This document shows, piece by piece, positions 58,191-64,000 of a DNA stretch of 64,000 nt. A program made the translations under genes and the position numbers. The notes under the pieces were generated by a model. It saw only the letters and a list, made by a program, of their open reading frames with translations. It made no database searches and had not been told where the DNA came from. Position 1 is the first letter of the stretch; each line of letters opens with the position of its first letter. Source of the DNA: an uncultured Acidobacteriota bacterium (lineage in GTDB: Bacteria; Acidobacteriota; Terriglobia; Acidiferrales; UBA7541); the NCBI GenBank assembly GCA_963781385.1, contig CAWAFN010000005.1:100330-164329 (forward strand), in the 5' to 3' direction.

Positions 58191-58693
58191 TACTTCGCGG
58201 GTTCCTTTTTCGATTCCGGCGACTCTTTCGATTCCTTCGACGCCTTTCCGGCGGCGAGATCGCGATCAACCATTTTGCACATCAGAGTGGCTTCTGCGAC
58301 GAGTTGGCCGTCAACGAGCGCCTTGCCTTCAAGTTTGCAGAAATCCCCGCGCCAGGCGAGCACCGACATTTCAAGGCGCAGTTGATCACCGGGAACGACG
58401 GGGCGGCGAAAACGAGCGCCGTCCACGGCCGCGAAAAAGAGCAGTTTGTTGTCGCGATCGGGAACTTCGGTGAGAAGCAGCAGGCCGCCGGTCTGCGCCA
58501 TGGCTTCAATGATCAGGACACCGGGCATGACAGGCTGGCCGGGAAAGTGCCCCTGAAAGTGCGATTCGTTGATGGTGACATTCTTGATCCCGACAATGCG
58601 CTTGATGCGCTCAATTTCAATAATCCTGTCCACCATCAAAAAGGGAAAGCGATGGGGCAGATATTTCTGGATTTCCACTACGTCCATAATCAT
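58190..58693 (-). CDS. fabZ: 3-hydroxyacyl-ACP dehydratase
   Basis: LPHRFPFLMVDR, FQGHFPGQPVMPGVLIIEAMAQ. Confidence 0.97.
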   Translation of the reverse strand: MIMDVVEIQKYLPHRFPFLMVDRIIEIERIKRIVGIKNVTINESHFQGHFPGQPVMPGVLIIEAMAQTGGLLLLTEVPDRDNKLLFFAAVDGARFRRPVVPGDQLRLEMSVLAWRGDFCKLEGKALVDGQLVAEATLMCKMVDRDLAAGKASKESKESPESKKEPAK

Positions 58694-58879
58694 CCGGATG
58701 CTCCGTCGCGGTGCCCAGACTGCGGGATATCCGCCTCTCCGCCAAAACTACCATTATAAGCGATCAAGATGGCCCCAAGGAGTCAAGAATGAGGGGAAAC
58801 GCAGGATCCCGAGGGAACGACAGTCCAGGTGATTTGCCAGCGGGAGGCAGGATTGTTAGCATCGGCGGCGATGAATTCG

Positions 58880-60028
58880 ATGGTCGATCCGAAATCGCTG
58901 CTGAAGTCGCTGACGCCACAGTTGCCAAATATCTTGCGAACGCTGGGAGCGTTGGTACGAGCCGAATCGCCGAGCACGGAGAAGGCGCCGGCAGACGCGT
59001 GTGCGCAAAAGATTGCAAGGGAGTGGCGGACGCGCAATGTTCGCGTGGAGTTGATCGAGCAGAAACATCGCGGGGCGCACCTGCGCGCGACGCATTTCCC
59101 GCTTGTGGCGAAGGCGCGCGGGCAATTACTGGTTCTCGGCCACTACGACACGGTGTACGCGAGCGGAACGCTGACGAGCATGCCGTATCGAGTCGCGGGA
59201 GGGCGAGTGTACGGCCCCGGCGTTTTCGACATGAAGGGCGGAATTGTGCAGGCGTTGTTCGCGCTGGACGCGATCCTGCATTCGCGAGCTGCACTTGGGA
59301 AAAACATTGTGTTTCTGTGGACTTCGGATGAAGAGATTGGGAGCGAGTCTTCGCGAAAACTGCTGGAAACTGAAGCGCAGCGGAGCGACGCAGTGTTCGT
59401 GCTGGAGCCGGCGCTGGGGCCGAAGGGATTGCTGAAGACGGCGCGCAAGGGAGTGGGCGAAGCGGAGATTATCGTACGGGGGCGGGCTTCACACGCTGGG
59501 CTGGCGCCGGAGAAAGGCGTGAACGCAATTCACGAACTGGCGCTGCAAGTTTCGCGGGCGATGGACTGGAATGATTTGCGGCGAGGAATTTCTGTGAATG
59601 CGGGAATCGTGAAGGGCGGAACGCGTAGCAACGTAATTCCCGATTCTGCGAGAGCGATTCTCGATTTGCGAGCGCTGCGCATTGCGGATATGGCGAAGAT
59701 TGAAAAGCGGCTGCGTGCGATGCGGGCAATTTTGCCGGGTGCGAGAGTGGAAGTGCGTGGAGGATTCAGCCGGGCGCCACTGGAGCGAAAGTCCAGTGCG
59801 GAATTGTTTCAACGAGCGAGCGAACTGGCGAAGCGAATGGGATTTACGGTTGGCGAATGTACGGCGGGCGGCGGCTCGGACGGGAATCTTACGGCGGCGT
59901 TGGGGATTCCGACGCTGGATGGGCTGGGAGCAGTGGGCGACGGCGCACACTCGCCGGACGAACATATCGTTGCGCGGGAGATGCCGAAGCGGGCGGCGCT
60001 TTTGGCGGCATTGCTTCTAAACAGCTAA
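58880..60028 (+). CDS. M20 metallopeptidase (carboxypeptidase G2-like)
   Basis: GHYDTV, DMKGG, DEE, HAG, GGSDGN, AHSPDEH. Confidence 0.92.
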   Translation: MVDPKSLLKSLTPQLPNILRTLGALVRAESPSTEKAPADACAQKIAREWRTRNVRVELIEQKHRGAHLRATHFPLVAKARGQLLVLGHYDTVYASGTLTSMPYRVAGGRVYGPGVFDMKGGIVQALFALDAILHSRAALGKNIVFLWTSDEEIGSESSRKLLETEAQRSDAVFVLEPALGPKGLLKTARKGVGEAEIIVRGRASHAGLAPEKGVNAIHELALQVSRAMDWNDLRRGISVNAGIVKGGTRSNVIPDSARAILDLRALRIADMAKIEKRLRAMRAILPGARVEVRGGFSRAPLERKSSAELFQRASELAKRMGFTVGECTAGGGSDGNLTAALGIPTLDGLGAVGDGAHSPDEHIVAREMPKRAALLAALLLNS

Positions 60029-60064
60029 GTAGGACCCAATGAATTTTTGCGTTCAGAGCGTTTG

Positions 60065-60466
60065 CTAACGCTTCCTGCGCTGCGGCGCAAGCCGCGGCAA
60101 CGCTACTGCGCTGACTTCTTTGTTGGGTGCAGGGACTTGCAGTTTTTTTGCGAGGCGTCCGCTCTGCTTGTTCAAGCTCCGAACATAAAACGGCAAAGCT
60201 TCGAGTAGAAGCGCTTCGAGTTCGCGCTCGAGTTCTTTTTTTGCGATGACGAACCACGAAAACCGGTCCCAAAACTGATCTTTCTTCGAGCCTTCTTTGC
60301 CGTGGCTCAACAATCTGGCGCTGATCGCGCCGCGCCCGATGTAAACGGGCATGGCTCCGTGGTAGAGAACGTAGATCCCAGACTTGTGTCCGGCGAGATC
60401 TTCGATTTCTTCAAGATTTTCCTGATTGCGCGGCCAGTGCAGTCCAAATTGTTTGATCAACGGCAT
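60065..60466 (-). CDS. Stand-alone GIY-YIG-family nuclease
   Basis: GIYVLYHGAMPVYIG, ARL..H, ELE and N motifs; GGAG RBS. Confidence 0.75.
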   Translation of the reverse strand: MPLIKQFGLHWPRNQENLEEIEDLAGHKSGIYVLYHGAMPVYIGRGAISARLLSHGKEGSKKDQFWDRFSWFVIAKKELERELEALLLEALPFYVRSLNKQSGRLAKKLQVPAPNKEVSAVALPRLAPQRRKR

Positions 60467-60486
60467 TCGAGTGTTGCTCCCCCGGA

Positions 60487-61944
60487 TCAATGGATGTAGG
60501 TCTTTTTCAGGTAATCGACCGTATTACCCGCCAGATCCGCGTAACCGCTGCGCAGAACGGCTTTCATTGCAGATTCTGTCGACTCGCCCGTGGCCAGCCG
60601 ATCCATCAAACGGTTGAGGTCGCTCATGCCGCCGGAATGGACGATGTATTCAATGTTGGCCAGTGCCCAGGCATACGCCACGGCGGCAGCGTCGTTGGAA
60701 AATTTCATCCAGTCACCTTCGAAATGGATGATGCCGAGGTCCGGATTGCTTTGATACATGCGCACGAGTCCGACCGCGAAGACATCGCTGCGTTTGCCTT
60801 CCATCCATTGAGCGAGGCCTTCTTGGATCCAAGTGGGCGCATGGCTGGCCGATTTTTGTTGAATGAAGCTATGAGTGAGTTCGTGTTTAAGGACCCGCGA
60901 AAGGTCGGGAGTCATTTCGTGCAGTCCCTGAACGGGCGCGCGAATTCGGCCATCATTCAACGCACCAACCCAGTTAGGGGCCTGGGTAATATCCGCAAAA
61001 GCTTGTTGCGTATATAAAACAACTCCTATCGAATCGGGTGGCGTGTAGCTCAATTCGGATTCGATGGTGTCGAAATGACGTTCGAGAGTATGCAGAACGT
61101 CGCGCGCAAGCGAGGGTTCTTCCGCACCGCTGTAGCGCAGAGTGAAGTGACGGCTTTCATTTTCCTTGTATTTCTCTTCTTCCTGCTTGTCGCGCTGAGC
61201 TTTACGGAGAGCGGCGGCGACTTCTTCATCGGGGCGCAAAGCTTGTGAGCGATTCCATTCCGCGACGGCTTGGTCCATCTTGTTCAGCCCGTAGTAAGCC
61301 CAACCAGAAAGTTTCAAAACTTCGGGGTCATTCGGCACGATTCTTCTTGCACGTTCCAGATAGTCGAGAGACTGGGTAAATTCGCTGCGGCGAAGGTGTA
61401 AATAGGCCACGTTCATGAGAAAAACAGGTTGCTGCGGAGCGTAGTTCAAAGCGGTTCGTTCGTCGGCAAGAGCAAGATCCATTTCGCCACGCGCCAGCTC
61501 GAACTGCGAGGCGAGATGATGAGCAAGCGCGGCGTTTTGATTGGCGACAGTATTTCCAGAGCGGGCATCGAGTTCCAGCTTGGCAATGAAGTTGCGATCC
61601 ACTTCCCCGCCAGAGAAAACATGCTTCTGAATTTCGCCAACGTCGGGAGAAAGCGGCGTGGCTGCTTCGGTTTCTGGCGGTTTTAGCGAGAGTGTCGAAG
61701 CAGTTGATGCAGCTTCCGCAGACGGAACACCGCCGCGTTCGATGTGATCCACGATGGAGTTGGGCAGAGTGAGCGTGCCTGAAGCGGTCTCGTAACTGAT
61801 CTTGTCGCCTTCCTTCGTGACGCTGAGTGCGGAAATCCTGCGACCATTTTTCAGAACGATGGTATCGCCGAGTGCATACGAGGCAGTGACGAAACACACC
61901 AGTGCTGCGACAATTCCCCGGCAAAATTTCAAGGACCCAGCCAT
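60487..61944 (-). CDS. Exported TPR + gluzincin (peptidase MA-like) protein
   Basis: Signal peptide, several TPR units, HELTH zinc motif and downstream WIQEGLAQ. Confidence 0.85.
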   Translation of the reverse strand: MAGSLKFCRGIVAALVCFVTASYALGDTIVLKNGRRISALSVTKEGDKISYETASGTLTLPNSIVDHIERGGVPSAEAASTASTLSLKPPETEAATPLSPDVGEIQKHVFSGGEVDRNFIAKLELDARSGNTVANQNAALAHHLASQFELARGEMDLALADERTALNYAPQQPVFLMNVAYLHLRRSEFTQSLDYLERARRIVPNDPEVLKLSGWAYYGLNKMDQAVAEWNRSQALRPDEEVAAALRKAQRDKQEEEKYKENESRHFTLRYSGAEEPSLARDVLHTLERHFDTIESELSYTPPDSIGVVLYTQQAFADITQAPNWVGALNDGRIRAPVQGLHEMTPDLSRVLKHELTHSFIQQKSASHAPTWIQEGLAQWMEGKRSDVFAVGLVRMYQSNPDLGIIHFEGDWMKFSNDAAAVAYAWALANIEYIVHSGGMSDLNRLMDRLATGESTESAMKAVLRSGYADLAGNTVDYLKKTYIH

Positions 61945-62022
61945 GTTCTGAATCTACTCCACGGGAACAGTTGAGGACAGGCAACCTTGCTCTGATTTGC
62001 CTTATCTGAATACACTGCCAGC

Positions 62023-64000
62023 ATGTGGTCCAGGCCCCTGCACTCTTCGCTCGTCGGATTGGTGTGCGCAGCATCGCTTGCTGCACAGCAGGCGCCCCCG
62101 CGCGAAGCCCACGAGTTGCTGGCTTCTTACAACCGGCTTCAGGTCGATCCTTCCGCTGTTTACAAAATTGAGCCCACGGCAAGAATTGAATTGCGCCGTG
62201 GCGACGGCAAATTGCTGTTTGACGAAGGATACATCGCGTTTTACGCGCCGCTCGGCGGCAAAGTAACTGGCGCGGTGTTCTCGGGCCGCGGACACATCCT
62301 GGCGGCGCCACGCGATCCGGTGGAAAAGCAGCAACTGGCGTTGTTTCTTGGCGCGCCCGTGCTGGACCAGGACTTCTCAAATGCCTATCTGCGTTTCACG
62401 GACGATACGGCGGAAGAGCTGGCGCAGCAATTTCAATCGGCGAAAATCAGCGCGGAAGCGAATACGGCGTTCGCAGACGCGTGGCAACCGGCCGCACTGG
62501 CGCGAAATCCTTCGCATTCGTTCCGAATTCTCTCGGAGTCGTTTTCGCAAACGGTTCGACACTATTTCGTTGCCACGATCGGCGGAACGTCGGTGGGGAC
62601 ATTCGACTTTGCATACGACCAGGCGCGGGACGAGCAGCAACTGATAGGGCAAGGGAAGAAGGTTGCTGCCGGCGAATTTTATGACGTTTGGGCTTCTTAC
62701 CGTATTCCGGGGTTGCCTGTGGATCCGGCTGCGTTTCGCGCGACCCAGTACAAAATCGAAACGACAATTCGGCCGGATAACACGTTGGCGGGAGAGACAG
62801 TGGTTCGCGTTCACGTGGATCGAGCGGGAGAGCGGCTGATCGGGTTCCAATTTTCGCGGCAAATCAACATCGATGGCGCGCGACTTGCGCTCGAGCCGGT
62901 ACCCACTTTTCCAGACGAGAAGTCTCCGCAAGAAGAGCGATCGACGCGCAACGGCGACGTGTTGTTCGTGCTGCTGCCAAACGCGCCCAAACCCGGTGAG
63001 GAATTCGAGTTGACGTTGCGCTATCACGGAAATGTGATCACCGACGCCGGGAATGGCGTGCTGTTCGTGGGTTCGCGCGAGAGTTGGTATCCACATCTGG
63101 GAGGCTCGGCGGAGTTTTCCACCTACGATCTGACATTTCATTGGCCGAAGAGATTTCGGTTGGCGGCAACGGGCGTCAAGCTTGAAGAGCGCGAAGAAGG
63201 GGAGGTGAGAACGGGCCACTGGCGGACAGAAAAGCCGGCGAGCGTGGCTGGATTCAATCTTGGCGAATATGCGTTCGCTTCCCTGGCGTCGAACAATTAT
63301 TCGATCGATGTGTACGCGAATAAACAATTGGAGCAAGCGCTTCTGGACCGATTGAGGCGTCCGGAGGTCGACACGCTTGCTCCACTTCTTCGTCCATTGG
63401 GAGGAGCTACAGCGGAGCGGCTCAGCCTGCCGCCGCTTGAGCCGCGACCGGCGGATGCGTTGAAACAACTTGCGAAGGATATCGACGCTTCCATTCGATT
63501 CTATGAAACGTCTTCTGGGCCGTTCCCGGTGCGCCAATTGAGTGTTTCGCAGATCCCCGGAAGTTTCGGGCAAGGATGGCCAGGGCTGCTTTACCTTTCA
63601 ACATATTCGTTTCTTCCTGCGGAAGCGCAGCAGCGTGCGGGACTCTCTGCAAATAGTCAGGAACACTTCCACGATCTGGTTCCGTTCCATGAAGTAGCAC
63701 ACCAGTGGTGGGGAAACGTTGTTAGCTGGTCGAACTATCGCGATCAATGGATCGACGAAGGTATGGCCAGCTATCTTTCGTTGCTGTTCGCGGACAGCCA
63801 GAAAACGCCGGATCACCGGCTACGTGCGTGGCTGGAAAGATTTCGCAAGAAATTGCTGGAGAAAGATACTTCGGAGATCGAACCAGCCAACTTGGGCGGC
63901 CTGATTCTAGGTTCGCGACTAAACTCTTCTAAAAATCCGGATGGATTCGATAAGTTGGTTTACCCCAAAGGCGCGTGGATATTTCACATGCTGCACGAAA
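62023..64000 (+). CDS. M1-family aminopeptidase-like exported protein (3' truncated; absent from ORF track)
   Basis: Start MWSRPLHSSLVGLVCAASLAAQ is in the same frame as FGQGWPGLLYL, HEVAHQWWGN and WIDEGMASY; I did not check every codon between them. Confidence 0.85.
   Translation, partial: MWSRPLHSSLVGLVCAASLAAQQAPPREAHELLASYNRLQVDPSAVYKIEPTARIELRRGDGKLLFDEGYIAFYAPLGGKVTGAVFSGRGHILAAPRDPVEKQQLALFLGAPVLDQDFSNAYLRFTDDTAEELAQQFQSAKISAEANTAFADAWQPAALARNPSHSFRILSESFSQTVRHYFVATIGGTSVGTFDFAYDQARDEQQLIGQGKKVAAGEFYDVWASYRIPGLPVDPAAFRATQYKIETTIRPDNTLAGETVVRVHVDRAGERLIGFQFSRQINIDGARLALEPVPTFPDEKSPQEERSTRNGDVLFVLLPNAPKPGEEFELTLRYHGNVITDAGNGVLFVGSRESWYPHLGGSAEFSTYDLTFHWPKRFRLAATGVKLEEREEGEVRTGHWRTEKPASVAGFNLGEYAFASLASNNYSIDVYANKQLEQALLDRLRRPEVDTLAPLLRPLGGATAERLSLPPLEPRPADALKQLAKDIDASIRFYETSSGPFPVRQLSVSQIPGSFGQGWPGLLYLSTYSFLPAEAQQRAGLSANSQEHFHDLVPFHEVAHQWWGNVVSWSNYRDQWIDEGMASYLSLLFADSQKTPDHRLRAWLERFRKKLLEKDTSEIEPANLGGLILGSRLNSSKNPDGFDKLVYPKGAWIFHMLHE

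Noticed and set aside
1-64000. CRISPR arrays, IS elements, integrases, prophage genes, rRNA
   Set aside because: Reading by eye, I found no regularly spaced 25-45 nt repeats, transposase or integrase motifs, phage structural genes or rRNA signatures.

Overview
A mostly housekeeping 64-kb bacterial chromosomal segment, GC-rich. Gene content and order (ISC operon, lpxA-lpxI-Gfo/Idh/MocA, aroD-aroE fusion, many signal-peptide and TPR proteins) suggest Acidobacteriota; this is inference, not a search result. In order it holds: an ECF sigma / zinc anti-sigma / secretin-like operon; an orphan FabH-like enzyme; a membrane-tethered LuxR gene with a DUF4199-like partner; tRNA-Glu; a complete iscR-iscS-(orf)-iscU-iscA-hscB-hscA-fdx-iscX operon; a frameshifted GH20 hexosaminidase; coaD-aminotransferase-manA-manC-manB; thiolase-hbd-crt-ribH-nusB; a TPR-GAF-degenerate GGDEF protein; trpD; sucCD-ndk; lepA; xseA; an ABC-2 exporter; trpE-rhomboid-trpG; aroDE; pgsA; miaA-hflX; fabZ-lpxA-lpxI-gnnA-like-TonB-like; and a peptidase cluster with a lone GIY-YIG gene. 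I saw no CRISPR array, rRNA, transposase, integrase or prophage gene. The best candidates for undescribed biology are the miniature secretin-like protein in the ECF operon, the catalytically dead GGDEF protein with an intact I-site, a strongly promoted leaderless 48-codon ORF missed by the ORF track, an unknown ORF and a multi-hairpin element inside the isc operon, and a TonB-like protein with a repetitive cytoplasmic N-terminus coupled to lipid A genes. All family assignments come from motif recognition by eye.
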